A DNA stretch of 64,000 nt from Flaccisagitta enflata (GCA_965153355.1 OZ231126.1:20894001-20958000), one strand, 5' to 3'. Counted from the first letter of the stretch, positions 13,934-27,240 are shown. Notes: generated by a model from the sequence alone, not told the origin. A program made the numbers and translations.

Positions 13934-14795
13934 TCTTGAGCTTTATTAGAATGTCAGAGCAGGATGAAACCGAGACTGTTCTAGATAGCTCTTTATCTCA
14001 AAGAGTGGCGCTTGTGCCAACTGCCCCAGTGCTCAGTAACTTCCAACTCTGTGACAATCTATCTTAAGTTGACGTAAAGATGACAATTTTCTTCAGTATG
14101 ATTCAGTCTTTGGTTCTGTGAAGTAGTTTTTTCTAGCCGCAAAGGAGTGAACGGTTTCATAACAGAAATTCTTAGCTGTAGTTGTTACACATGAAGACCG
14201 AGGTTGGAGAACTGATTCAACTTGGACTTTAGATTCCAAACAAATATGAGGCGATGAGAGAGAGAGACCACGATAGCGATTTTTTATTGATGACAAAATA
14301 AAATAAAGCCCATTAATGATGGTAGTTTTGACCCTTCCCGTTGACTGATTGAGTTGAAAATTTACAGTTGGGTGGAGAACAAAAAGATGGAATTTTGAGT
14401 GTATTTTCAGCTGATTGCATTATTGTTAAAGCAGTTTTTTGATGATTTTTCTTGGAAAGCCGCGAAGGTCGAAGAGAGATCGTGTATCTTCGCCACGTCG
14501 CCTATCAATTTTTTTTTGTTTTGTTTTTTTTTTGTTTGTTTGTTCGCCCCCAGGCCTTAAATCTGCCCTGTCAGGCCTGAAATCTGTCCTCTCAGGTCTG
14601 AAATCTACCCTCTCAGGCCTGAGATCTGCCCTCTCAGGCAACGGGTACACAACGCAATTATCCCTTTGTTTTAAGTGACACTAATTCCCGGAAGTTTTCT
14701 TTGTAATTCACGGGAATTCCTGGGAATTTTTTTATAATTTCTCATAATTCCTGGGAATTTATATGAATCTTTCATGTGATCTTGTTGATTCCTGG

Positions 14796-16650
14796 TAGGA
14801 CTCGAAGTAGTTAACTTTAACTAGTTAGTTAACTAGTTAATTTTCTGAAAAAGGCTGTAGTTAACTAGACCAAATTAACTAGTTAAAATAAAAGAAGTAA
14901 GAATTGATTTTATAAGTCTTTTGAAACACTCCTTTTATTGAAGATACATTTGTAAGACAACATTTTTAAACTAAGTAATACCTGTAAATACATTTGTGCA
15001 GTTTTACTCTGCATCAATTCAGAGTGGGTCAGAAACTCAATGTATCTTCAACCAGGTCATAAGACCCAAGTCAATGATTGTTTACTTTTCTGCTTCTTTG
15101 GTCCTTTCAATCTTTCTCAATCCATATTGTCCTTTTCATACTTTCAGTACATCTCTTCTTCAGACTATCAAGTATCAATGCTAAGTATCTTTAAAGCATA
15201 TACTAGGTATCATCTAGACTTGGAAATACAGAGAAATTCATATAAGAAAGACAAATAAACCTGAGAGATTGACATATGTTGTCATATCCTTTGTATAATG
15301 GAGAATTCTGGCCTCTTTTTAAGGGCAATGTTGTTTCAACTTTCATATATAAACTAATAAAAGGATGCTTTATCTCATTAATTTTTATTCATCACCTAAA
15401 AATATTTTGTCTCATTGAATATGGATTAATCAATTGTACTAAAATGGATTTGATGAGTTTGCAAATATAAACTTTTCAGCCATTTTATTAGTGTGCTTTT
15501 CAGTTTCATCATTTCATCTTCTGTGTATTTCTCATATAAAAACTAAGTTTATTGAAGCAAAAGACATCAGATCATATACATGATATAAATATGCAAAAAC
15601 TCTGTATCTTTAAAGTTCAACAAAAAACATCAACTTGTTCTCGCACTTTCATCGAGACAGAAAGAGCCATCAATGCAGCTTGACTGTCTGTTTCCAAAAT
15701 GAGAGGTTCTCTCGCTGACAATAGCGTTGGTAATCATTGCATTCTTGAAACCTACGCACACTGGAAAATAAGGCATGCTTACCCGTCTGTACCATCTGTC
15801 TGGAGTCTGTGAGAGCAATGGTTTACATTTTTGTACATAGAGGCCACCTCTATTGATTGCCAGAAAGTGCAATGAAAACAAAAAACTCTCACTCCCCTGC
15901 AGCTTCTCCTGCCTCTCAGCTGTCTCTGCTGTTCCTCAGCTGCTTTTTGGTCCCGTTTTTTAAGGGAAAAAATCGATGAAAGATGCGATGATGGATTTCC
16001 ATCATGCAATGAGCAGATATTGCAACTATTTTCCATGTGCTATAACTCCTAAAGTGATAAAAGTGTATCTTCAGATTTTGAACCTAGAATCGTTATTGCC
16101 ATAGCTACTGATAGAGCCTAGTCTTTCCATGGCAAAAGGCGGCAATGGATTTTTTTTCTGTCTCAGTAATGATATAAAGAGGAAAACATTACTTAAAGTA
16201 ACTTTCTGGGCAATACAAGATAAAGAATTGTTCAAAACTGGTGTGGATCACTTTCCATAAGGCCTATCTATAGATCTATCAATCAAAAATTGAAATAAAA
16301 AATTCATTGTTTATTCGCCATATTACTAAAAAAACGCCCTTAGTGCTACGTGACATGTGCAACAATTCATCCTACATAAAACTCATACAATTAATCAAAA
16401 GGAAACATGTCTTGGGAGATCTTTTTCAACCCATTTTATCATTCTGCATTTTGCCATCATGAATGGTTTATAAAACACTAAAAGTCTAACAAACTTACTT
16501 GATAACTAAGAGATGTGAGGTTTTTCGATAATGATTTGTTTGTTGCCGCAAAAACCTGGTTTTAACTACTTAAGTAGTTAACTAGCCGAAAAAAGTAGTT
16601 AGTTAACTATTAACTAGTTAATTTGAAAACCTTAACTACTTCGAGTCCTA
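14796..16650. mobile_element. Non-autonomous hAT element
   Basis: TIRs TAGGACTCGAAGTAGTTAA / TTAACTACTTCGAGTCCTA. Perfect 8-bp TSD ATTCCTGG (14788-14795; 16651-16658). AGTTAACT subterminal palindromes. Confidence 0.9.
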
Positions 16651-16724
16651 ATTCCTGGCACATTCCTGCTTACTGCTTTTTGTTTTTTACATGTTCCTGC
16701 TTATTCCTACTTATTTTTGGGAAT

Positions 16725-17597
16725 GAACAGGAACATGTATGAAACATGCAGGAATTAGCAGGAACATACTCAAGATCTGCATAAATTAGCAGGAACATGT
16801 ATGAAACAAAAGGGAATAAGCAGGAACATGCATAAAATATGCAGGAATTAATGAGAACATGTATAAAACATTCAGGAATTAGCAGGAACATTCACAAGAA
16901 ATGCATGAATCAACAGGAACATGTATGAAACATGTAAAAATTAGCAGGAACATGCATGAAACAAGCAGAAATGAACAGGAACATGCATGAAACAGTCAGG
17001 AATTAGCAGGAACATGCATGAAACAACCAGGATTTAGCAGGAACATGCATGAAACATGCAGGAATTAGCAGGAACATGCATGAAACATACAGGAATTAGC
17101 AGGAACATGCATGAAACAAGCAGGAATAAGCAGGAATATGCATGAAACAAGCAGGATTTAGCAGGAACATGCATGAAACAAGCAGGAATTAGCAGGAACA
17201 TGCATGAAACATACAGGAATTAGCAGGAACATGCATGAAACAACCAAGAATTAGCAGGAACATGCATGAAACAACCAGGAATAAGCAGGAATATGCATGA
17301 AACAAGCAGGAATTAGCAGGAACATGCATGAAACAAGCAGGAATTGGCAGGAACATGCATGAAACAAGCAGGAATTAGCAGGAACATGCAAGAAACAAAC
17401 AGGAATTAGCAGGAACATGCATGAAACATCCAGGAATTAGCAGGAACATGCAAGAAACAAACAGGAATTAGCAGGAACATGCATGAAACAAGCAGGAATA
17501 AGCAGGAATATGCATGAAACAAGCAGGAATTAGCAGGAACGTGCATGAAACAAGCAGGAATATACATGATATAAGCAGGAAATAGCGGGAACATGTA
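16725..17597. repeat. 31-bp minisatellite (AGCAGGAACATGCATGAAACAAGCAGGAATT), ~28 copies
   Basis: Direct tandem periodicity, most homogeneous at 17000-17560. Confidence 0.95.
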
Positions 17598-18298
17598 TTA
17601 GCGAGAAAAAATTTTAGCGAGAAAAAATTTTAGCGAGAAAAAGTTTTGGCGAGAAATCTTATCAAGAAAAATTTTAGCAAGAAAAATTTTAGCGAGAAAA
17701 AAGTATAGCAAGAAAAAATTTTACCGAGAAATTTTAGCAAGAAACATTTTAGCAAAAAAAAATTTTAGCGACAAAAAAAGTTTTAGCGAAAAAAAGATTT
17801 AGCAAGAAAAATTTTAGCATGAAAAATTTTAGCAAAAAAAATTTTGGCGAAAAAAATTTTAGCAAAAAAAAGTTTTATAAAAAAAAATTTTAAGAAAATT
17901 TAAAAATTTTTTTGAAAATTTTAGCAAAAAAAGAAATTTAAAAGAGAAACAATTTTTGAGAGAAAAAATTTTAGTAAAAAATTTTGGCAAGATAAAATTT
18001 TAGCGAGAAAAAATTTTAGCAAGAAAATTTTAGCGAAATAAATTTTAGCAAAAGAAAATTTTAGCGAAAAACAAATTTAGCGAGAAAAATTTTGGTATGA
18101 AAAATTTTAGCGAGAAAAAATTTTAGCGAGAATAAATTTTAGCAAAAAAGATTTTAGCGAGAGAATATAATTTTTGAAAAATTTTTGAAAATTTCAGCAA
18201 AAAAAAAAAAAATCTTAGTGAGAAAAAATTTTGGCGAGAAAAAATTTTAGCGAGAAAAAATTTTTGCGAGAAAAAGTTTTGGTTAAAAAGATTTTAGC
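17598..18298. repeat. ~17-bp minisatellite (TTTTAGCGAGAAAAAAA), ~40 degenerate copies
   Basis: Direct tandem periodicity. Confidence 0.9.
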
Positions 18299-18390
18299 TT
18301 TTGTACTTTTGTTCTTTCATTTGTTCATTCTTTCATTTGTTTTGTAAATTTTAGCTTTTGTACTTTTGTTCTTTCGTTCGCTTGATTCAT

Positions 18391-18488
<98 letters not shown>

Positions 18489-19051
18489 CAGAGAGACAGA
18501 TAGAGGTTAGTCTCTCTCTCTTGTACTATGACGTAATACTTCCTCGCTGGATTTTCATGATAGAAAACGCGCTTAAAAGATAAGCCTTGACCGTTTTTGA
18601 TTGGCCAATTATCAAATGAGTAAATCTTGCCTCCCCGCTACAGCAGTGAGATCGCAATCTTCATTAAATAATCGGAAGACAATATAACGTCCAAAAAACC
18701 TCACTTTAAACCATAAAAAGAAAGGGAACCTTTACTTTTAATTCCCGGGAATTCCCGGGAATTCCTGGGAATTGAATGACAAATATCATTCTCATTCCTG
18801 AATCAGGAGTCCCCAAGCCTTAAATCTGCCCTGTCAGGCCTGAAATCTGTCCTCTCAGGTCTGAAATCTACCCTCTCAGGCCTGAGATCTGCCCTCTCAG
18901 GCAATGGGTATCGCTGACCACATATTGCCCTTGGGCGACCTGTTCAACATTTCGCCTCGATCACCATGGACCGACGGACAAGCGGACGAACGGACAAAGC
19001 CTCTGATAGAGTTACGTGTCCGCAACTAAAAAAACAAAACAAAAAACCATC

Positions 19052-19137
<86 letters not shown>

Positions 19138-19825
19138 CCAAAACAGCCACAATAGAAGCTTCCTCAGAGTGTGAGAAAAAAAAGAGCAACATGAACAAAA
19201 AAGTTTCTGACCTCCAATTTCTTCATAATCCGTAAGATAAAAATTTCTGACGAGACGTTATTCGTTTACATTGGTTTGTTGGGCCGTGTTCTGTTTCCAT
19301 TCGTCTTCTTCCCTCTTAACGCCTGCTCCCACTCCCCACTCTTCCCCCTATCCACTACCATACCTTCCCTTCCCTCTAAAACAAATCTGAAGAGATAGAG
19401 AGAGAGTTAACTCTGAGGGCAATCACAGCGCCTGTCAGGATGTGAATGAGATTTTTTTGCCTCTTGGTTCTCTATGCCAGAGAAAGAGTCTATGGTTTGC
19501 GAAAAGAGAATCCCCTCCTTTCTTCCCCTCCATTTTCAGTTACTTTCTATCTCCTATCTCCTTTCTCCTTTCCTTCCTCTTCATCCTCCTCCTCATTCAC
19601 ATCCTCCTTCCCATCCGCCCTTCCTCATCTTCCTCCTCCTCCTCTTCCTCCTTCCCTTGCTCTTCCTGACGCCACCTCCACCAATCCTCAATATAATTTC
19701 ATTTAATGGCCATTATATATCAAGTTGACAGAAACCCTTCGCAGTGGAAAACCAGGAATGAAGAGGAGGACAAAAGAAAGAGGAGAGGAAGGCAAAGGCC
19801 GAAACGAGAGGGAGGAAGCAATGGA

Positions 19826-19902
<77 letters not shown>

Positions 19903-20479
19903 GATAGGACGACTGCCAGAATGATAGTCAAAAAAACAAAACAAAACAAAACAAAAAATAGCGGACAGACAACCTAATAACTGATACACACGAACGAACG
20001 TACACCAACAGGGAAATGGGCAGAAAACAAAACAAGCGACGCGGGGTCACAATATCATTGCGGACGGGTGGGCAGGGACTTCTAACCCAAATCCACGCCC
20101 CAACCCACACCCAAAAACGCTTGTCTCCGCACTTTCCAACTCGATGACCTTAATGGACTGACGGACCAATGGACCAACGGACGGACGGACAAAGCCTCTT
20201 ATATAGAGTTGCGTGTCCGCAACGGGCGCAACCAAGAACAGACCGCAAAAGAACTGATATAGATGAACGTACACGAATAGACGGACGTACAGAGGTACTG
20301 AAAAAAAGACAGACAGAGACAGAAATTGAAAGAGAAAGTTGGGGGAAAGAAGACTCAGCCGAGAGCGGGGGATGGAAGGCTAGAAGGCTGGAAGGCTGAG
20401 TGCTTCTCGAGTTGCACGCTTTGCGCTTGATGGCGTCAGAACCGAGACAGACTGATTTACCACCGAGACGATGGCAGAC

Positions 20480-21125
20480 AGAACACCGGTAAGGGCGGCA
20501 ATGAGGGTAGATAGGACAGAACAACGGTAATGAACAGAAACAGGAAAGAACACCGGTAATCAAAATAGATTAGACAGAACACCGGTAATGAACGGAAGCA
20601 AGACACTGGGCCAAAACACCGGTAATGAGGGAAGATAAGACAGAACAAAGACAAGACAACCGTAATACAAGGACAGGACAGAACACCGGTAATGAACAGA
20701 AAAAAACAAAAAAAACAAACAAAACACAGGTAATGGACAAAGATAGGCCAGAACAAAGACAAGACAGGACAACTGAACAAGGACAGGACTGAACATCGGT
20801 AATGAACGGAAACAACACAAAATACGGATAATGATCAAAGATAAGCCAGAACAAAGACAAGACAGGACAACGGTAAAGAAGAAGGACAGGGCAGAACACC
20901 AGTAATGAACGGGAACAGGACAGATCACTGGTAATGAATAGAAGTAAGACAAAACACGGGTAATGAACAAAGATAGGCCAGAACATAGACAGGACATACC
21001 AACGGTTAAGAACATGGACAGGACAGAATACCCGTAATAAACGGAAATAAGACAGAACACCAGTGATGAGGGAAGATGAGAGAGAACAACGGTGATTTAC
21101 AGAGATACGACGGAACAACGGTTGT
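20480..21125. repeat. Degenerate ~30-bp minisatellite (GACAGAACACCGGTAATGAAC core)
   Basis: The core motif recurs about 15-20 times. Confidence 0.8.
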
Positions 21126-21285
21126 TAAGAAATAAAAGACAAGGCAGAACACCGACAGATTACCGACAGTCCGACCCAACTTATGACAAGACACTGGCGC
21201 TGAAATGAGTCATCTTCCAAAGAGTACCCTCAAGATTAGTTTCTAATCTTTTTCTTTTCCGCAGTCACACGGATACGTCTGAGTA

Positions 21286-21618
21286 CCGTATTTTCTCTAA
21301 AAAGCGCCCTGGGCGCTTTTGAAATTGAAATAAGATTTTATCTTTTGACCCTCCAATTAGCGCCCCCTTTATATTATAACTGAACTGTCATTCAGTCTAT
21401 TTTATTCATAAAAGGCTACCAAAATGCTAAATTTGACTCAAAATGGAGACATTCATTGCATATGTCTGTTTGAAAGTCTCTAAAAATGGTTTTTTGTGTT
21501 GTATTATTTCCTCATTTTACTTAAAATTTCTGTCCAAATCTCTTCTAAGAAATGTAATACTAAGAAAAATAGAGGGGGGCGCTTTTTGGAAGGGGGGCGC
21601 TTTTTAGAGAAAATACGG
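21286..21618. mobile_element. Tc1/mariner-pogo-type MITE
   Basis: Perfect TIRs CCGTATTTTCTCTAAAAAGCGCCC / GGGCGCTTTTTAGAGAAAATACGG with TA on both sides. Confidence 0.9.
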
Positions 21619-22130
21619 TATATATTGTAAACAAAGAAAATCCAAAAATTAAATTGCGCTACGCGGAAGTGTAATCCTTAAAATCGTATCCAGACGGACG
21701 GATAGACCGGTAAAAAAACTGATAGTGGGCTACGAGTGATGGATAGCTGGAGAAGAAAGAGGAAGCAACAAAAGCGTTTTGTTGGTTACTTTTCGTGTGA
21801 TGGCATGTTTCGCCGCCGATTCTCATTCAAGGCATTCGCCCTTCGTCCTTCCTTAGCAAGTTCTTATCTCGTCTCCTTTTCTTATCTTGTTGCCTTTTTG
21901 CCTTTTTGCTTCTCTTGGCTGTCTTTTTCTTTGTCCTGCGAATTCAGCGTTTCTTCCATGATTTACACGAGAACTTAGACCAAGTATGAAATGGAATTAG
22001 AATTCCTCCTGGCTTCTTTTTGCTCTCTCTTCCTCTATCTTTCTGACTTTCTCTCAGTCAATCTGTCTGTGTGTCTGTCTGTTTGTCTGTCTATCTGAAT
22101 GTCTGTCTGTCTGTCAGTTTCTCTTTTTGT

Positions 22131-22176
<46 letters not shown>

Positions 22177-22764
22177 TCCTGGTTCCGTCGGTCGACAATG
22201 ACAGCCGGTTCGAATCGGGTTATTGAAATCGCTTTTGCAAGCGCCAATCTGAAAATACCGACTCAAAGCCGCGACTGGTGGAAGGACTGACGGATATGAA
22301 CTTTTTTCAGTGAAGGCGTGCGTTAAGCCGTTAAGGTTGAATTGAAGTAAAATCGGGATTTTGTTATATTGCAGAGAGGGATCTCTATTTCCTTGTTGGA
22401 GTACTTGTTTTAGAGAAAGCCATTGTAATTGTGAATATCCTAACAATTGAATTGAGTTAAGGTTACATTCGTAGTTTGTTTGGCTTCTTTGTCCGTCGCG
22501 TTGGTTCGTCATAAGCGCAGTAAGCACACTTATTGGTCTTCTCGGGTTTGTCTTTTTAAAGGACTCATTAAGAGACGGGCCTGATTCCAAAATACAAATT
22601 GCTGAGCGCGATTTGAATCGACTTCCTAAAAAAACTGACGGACACACGGACGTGACAAGACACACACGCGCATAGAAACACGTCCACTTCCACAAGGTTT
22701 CATAAAGAGACACCCACGCGCGCACTGATTTACATGTAGCAACGTGCGTTCGAACTAACACACA

Positions 22765-22862
<98 letters not shown>

Positions 22863-23289
22863 ACAGAGAGACAGATAGAGAGACAGAGACAGAGAGAGAA
22901 AGGTCATAGTTTTTGGCGCGGAAAAGGTCAGAAGAAGGCCGAAGAAGTGTTTACCCGCTTTTTTGATGGAAAGAAAAAGAGGTGAAAAAGGAGGCAGAGT
23001 TTGGACTCCATTTCTTTGAAGGTCAAACCCTGAAATGTGAGGCCCCTGGGGGTTGGGCAGAACAGGGGCGCAAAATCTCTCTGTCTCTGATTCTGTCTCT
23101 CTCTCTCTCGTTTTCTATTTCTCATATGAATTTACAGACCGGATTCCAGGGCTGATTGTTGTTCACTAAAAAAAAAATTATTTGTCAAAAACAAAATCTC
23201 TCATGAATTTAGAAAAGCAACAGTATCAGCATCAGATGACTATTACTGTATTACAACTTGCCAACGCTTCAAATATGGTGGTCTCCGCA

Positions 23290-23770
23290 CACTATGGATC
23301 TTAGGAACCGCCAGGACGTTTTTTTTGATCACTTGTCCACGAATCAAGACCCAACCATTAAAAAATATTTCATCTGGCACTTCTTGAAAAAAATCGTTTT
23401 TTATAAAAAATGTCTTTATATGCAACGTATGTTGCATATGCAACACATGTATGTTGCATATGCAATATATGTATGTTGCCTAGACGACACATGTACGTTG
23501 CGTATGCAACACATGTACGTTGTGTATGCAACACATGTATGTTATATATACAACACATGTCAGTTGCATATGCAACATACATGTGTTGCATATGCAACAT
23601 ACGTTGCATATGCAACTCATTTTTTACAGAAAGCAATTTTTTCAAATAGTGCCAGATGAAATATTTTTTAATGGTTGGGTCTTGATTCAAGGACAAGTGG
23701 ACTGTGCCAAAGTGAAGAGAAACTTGGAGTGATCCAAAAAACGTCCTGGCGGTTCCTAAGATCCATAGTG
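23290..23770. mobile_element. Palindromic MITE with CAC..GTG termini and 4-bp TSD (Chapaev/CMC-like), copy 1
   Basis: CACTATGGATCTTAGGAACCGCCAGGACG...CGTCCTGGCGGTTCCTAAGATCCATAGTG. TSD CGCA. Core of TGTTGCATATGCAACA palindromes. Confidence 0.85.
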
Positions 23771-24849
23771 CGCAGTCCCCATCTTTTTCCGTTCTTAATC
23801 TTACTTGCGTGCATTGGTCAGTAGGTAATTCGTTTGATTGTTCTGTCCACCACACCTTTTCTTTCTTTCCTTTTTGTCATTAGGTTTAAAAGCCCTGATT
23901 ACAGTTCACAGAAAGGTAAGAAATTCATCAAGCAAAATAAAAAGATTTTAAATTCATTAAATCATCAAATCTTTTGACATGCGTCAAAGTTGCTACAATC
24001 TCACTGGCCCAGAGGATATTTTTTGTCTCTTCATATATCCAAGCAGAAAATGATATGTAAGTCAACACTTAGCTGACCAGTTTGGTTTGAGAAAAAAATT
24101 GGTCTTCATGCCTAATGCATTTGGAAGTTTAGTAGGCCAATTTGAGTCAGAAAAATAATTTATCTAGAACAGGAAAAAAACAAGGGACGCAGGGTCACAA
24201 TATCATTTTGGACAGGTGGGCAGGGGCGTGCAACCCCCATCCACACCCTCGTCCACCCCACACACTTTCACGCACAATTGCAGCATCAAAAATGTGTGTT
24301 TTCACACTTTTCAACAAGATCGCTATGGATAGACTGATGAACGGACTGACAAATGGTCCCTCAGATGGACCAACAGATGGACAAAGCCTCTTAAACAGAT
24401 GCGAGTCTGCAAGTTATAATTAAAAGTGATATGATTTTGTTCGTTTTCACTTTGTGGATGAAAAAACATATCTTCTAATTTTTCCCCAATGACAATTTAC
24501 ATAGCTCCACATTGAGGATGGCCCCTACATCCCTAAAACTAAAAGCTGACTTGCTGGTGCAAAATAGCTGGTCAAAATAACAGACCTTAACCTGACCTAA
24601 CACCCCGCCTTGTCCCTCCGTCGATGGTTGGTCAATCCGTCACATTTTATTACTTTGATGTTTTTGCGGTCCTTGGCCGAACCGCTCCTGCCCAAATGCT
24701 CTACTAATCTCAAGTATAAGCCCACCTACCCATGCACGACTGGGGTAGCCGTGTATCCGGCCTTGTATTCTTGCGCTCAGAGAGATAGAATGAGCGTTAC
24801 ATCCCTTAAGAGGTAAACAATGAAACATTTGAATGCATCGTGAATTCCT

Positions 24850-24855
24850 TTTATT
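24850..24855 (-). promoter_or_regulatory. Putative polyadenylation signal of the FReD gene
   Basis: AATAAA on the - strand ~45 nt after the stop codon. Confidence 0.5.
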
Positions 24856-24898
24856 TCAGTTAAGACCTGGCATCAAAGCAAATCTCTTGAGTCAATGG

Positions 24899-25412
24899 TC
24901 AGTTAACTCTTTGCATGAACATCGAAATTTCGGATGGGTTGTAGCCGCTGTCACGCCATGGTTTCCAGATAGCCAGGTCACTTTCCCATGGAGCCTTTTT
25001 TTTCATTACCAAGTCTCGTTGGCAATTGGCACAGAAGCTGAAGCCGTAATTATGGCTATCAAACCACCACCCACCCCCATAACGAGAGGCCAAATAATTT
25101 TTCCACATCTTTACATCTTTATCCTTGGTATAGAATCCTTTCGAACTTATGGTGGTCTCAACCGGATCATACCTAACATCCCAATTTTCGACTTCGATTC
25201 GTTTACTGACGTGGAATCTAAATCGATCATCTTCCGAATCGATGTGAAAATGAGTGTAAATACCATAAGCCCGGTCACCTCGATGATACGGATCATACCG
25301 CCTAGTTAACGGTCTTCCATGTTTATCAAGATCATACGTGAAGGCAACCTTTAACAGCCAAAGTCCATTTTTGGTGTAATCGTGCATCTTCTGTAGTCCA
25401 AACCAAAATTCA
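24899..25412 (-). CDS. FReD gene terminal exon (EFWFGLQKMHDYT...FYTKDKD...YGGGWWF...SMFMQRVN*)
   Basis: EFWxGLxxxHxxT, YxxFxIxxExxxF and GGWW motifs of the fibrinogen C-terminal domain. TTGTAG acceptor is in phase with exon 6. Confidence 0.9.
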
Positions 25413-25804
25413 CTACAAAGTCAAAGGATGGTTTTGAGACATGAGATATGCATGAAGGTGGTTTGCCAACTCACCACAAAGCGCTCTATGGCTGCTATCG
25501 CACTAAGTCGCAATGTCAATCGGTCTTCACTCCTCAGGCCATGGGTTGAACAGCCTTACATACATAGTCATGCATAGTCCTTGACTGTCTTGCCATGTGT
25601 CCAACCTTGTCATGATACGCATAGTAATTCCCCCAAGTATGTTCTTCCGGACTAATTTTCAGTGCGTCGTAATTCCGTAAAATATCGATATTATCAAACT
25701 ATACTTTGTAACCAACAACGTTCTACGATGACTGGCCTATTACATGATACGATCAGTCATGATCATGACTACATGCACAAATTGCACATGAAACCTACAC
25801 TTAC

Positions 25805-25904
25805 TTTATGCCATCGCCAAATCCATCTTTATAGTCGACCCAAAGCTTATCTTTGAAAGCGTCCTTGTCAAGAAAGTTGTGCTTTTGAATGAGAATCCAG
25901 TCTC
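25805..25904 (-). CDS. FReD gene exon 6 (DWILIQKHNFLDKDAFKDKLWVDYKDGFGDGI)
   Basis: Matches the fibrinogen C-domain motif WxxIQ...WxxYKxGFG. TCACAG acceptor, AA|GTAAGT donor. Confidence 0.88.
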
Positions 25905-25969
25905 CTGTGATTATGAATTTCAAGTTTCAATGAGTTAGTAAATTGCGGCATTGAGAATAGAGATCGTCT

Positions 25970-26545
25970 CACCCACTGTCCTTTTGGCGTGAAACCAGGT
26001 GAAAAGTTGTAGTACAGTAGGTTTTTTTGTAGTTTTTGATAGTTTTAAGGTTACGTCAACTAAAACTAACTGTTATGAAATATTTTCAAGGGCGGTCTTT
26101 GAGAAATATGTAAAAAAAAGAGTAATTTTAGCCTCACTAAAAATTGAGAATTTTTTTACTCATCCAGACCTCTTTTTTGATAGCAAATTCGTGAACTAGA
26201 AGCTATTCCCGTTGATTTGATAGGTCCCACTATATTATTTCAATTTTTAAGCCACCGTTATGATTTCGGCTAAAAGATTGAGAAATTATTTTCCTTTTAG
26301 AAAATATTTAGTGTGACAAATCAAATGAAAGGAAATGTTATCAGGATTACAAATTTATTAAGAAAAAAGAGATTTGGATAACTTTAAAAGATCTATATTC
26401 AAAAGGAGGTTAGAAATTTCTCAAAAGCGCGCTTGACAAGATTTCATGAGTGATAGATGTAGTTGCAACAACCTTCAACCTCAAACGGCAAAAAACTAAC
26501 TGTACTATAACTTTCAACCTGGACTCACAATGAGACCATTGACTG
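25970..26545. mobile_element. Old MITE-like inverted-repeat element in FReD intron 5
   Basis: CCAGGTGAAAAGTTGTAGTACAGT (~25996) versus ACTGTACTATAACTTTCAACCTGG (~26499). No TSD recognised. Confidence 0.55.
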
Positions 26546-26794
26546 AGAGGCACTTTGGGTATGACGCACTGAAATTTAAGTAAGAGGAATTTACCCAGAG
26601 AACTAAGTTACCATTCATGTTACTATTTTTGCTTAGGTCAATGCTTGTGTTTATTTCTTTGTACTTTAAATTGTAAACTTACATGAGGAAACTCATCTGT
26701 CACCGGCAAAGGACAAAAATGCAAAAAGATTGAAAAATATTCAATTCTGATGAGACTAAAAAGTGAATAAAATAGTGACAATCATTTCAGTAAC

Positions 26795-26944
26795 TGCTCA
26801 CTGAAAATTTTAAATTTGCATAAAAAATCCAAATATCATTAAAATAAGAACATAGCGCCCTCAGTTGATCTTTTAGGAATCGCGCTATGTTTTTGTTTTC
26901 TTGATATTTCAATTTTCTATGCAAATTAAAATTTTCAATGAGCC
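26795..26944. repeat. Imperfect ~150-bp palindrome (MITE core)
   Basis: GCTCACTGAAAATTTTAAATTTGCATA...TATGCAAATTAAAATTTTCAATGAGC. Confidence 0.65.
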
Positions 26945-27240
26945 ATGGTCCCTTGACAAAATGAGTTTTTTGTTGAATTTGGCATATTTTTTCAGCTGTT
27001 AAATAAAGGATTGAAATTTAAAACTGGCATATGCAAGTCAATTCATGCAAAATATGGTTGTTGGTAGTTTTATTGAAAATAGTAAAACAAAAATTTTCGT
27101 TAAATTTCATTTTATAAATTTCACGATTTATCTGGCTCGGGTAGCAAATTCTATGGTAATTTTCAGTGCGTCGTATGTCTTTTTATTACATCAAACATTT
27201 CTTTACCTGCAGGCGGTGCGATTGATGGCCCTGGACTCAC

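Noticed and set aside
16725..17597. CRISPR-like regular ~31-bp repeats (also 61490-61901)
   Set aside because: Units are head-to-tail with no unique spacers, there are no cas genes, and the context is eukaryotic.
22207..22218. B-box-like GGTTCGAATC (also GGTTTGAATCC at ~33663)
   Set aside because: No cloverleaf or A-box; tRNA or SINE not supported.
23290..23330. RSS-heptamer-like CACTATG suggesting Transib/ProtoRAG
   Set aside because: TSDs are 4 bp in both copies, there is no nonamer at 12/23 spacing, and no RAG-like ORF.
26728..26770. Hammerhead-ribozyme-like hairpin + CTGATGAGAC...GTGAA
   Set aside because: It lacks the GAAA core, the NUH cleavage triplet and stem III pairing.
27207..27240. 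Alternative strong donor CAG|GTAAAG for FReD exon 5
   Set aside because: It gives phase 2, out of frame with exon 6; the GTGAGT donor at 27240 fits.
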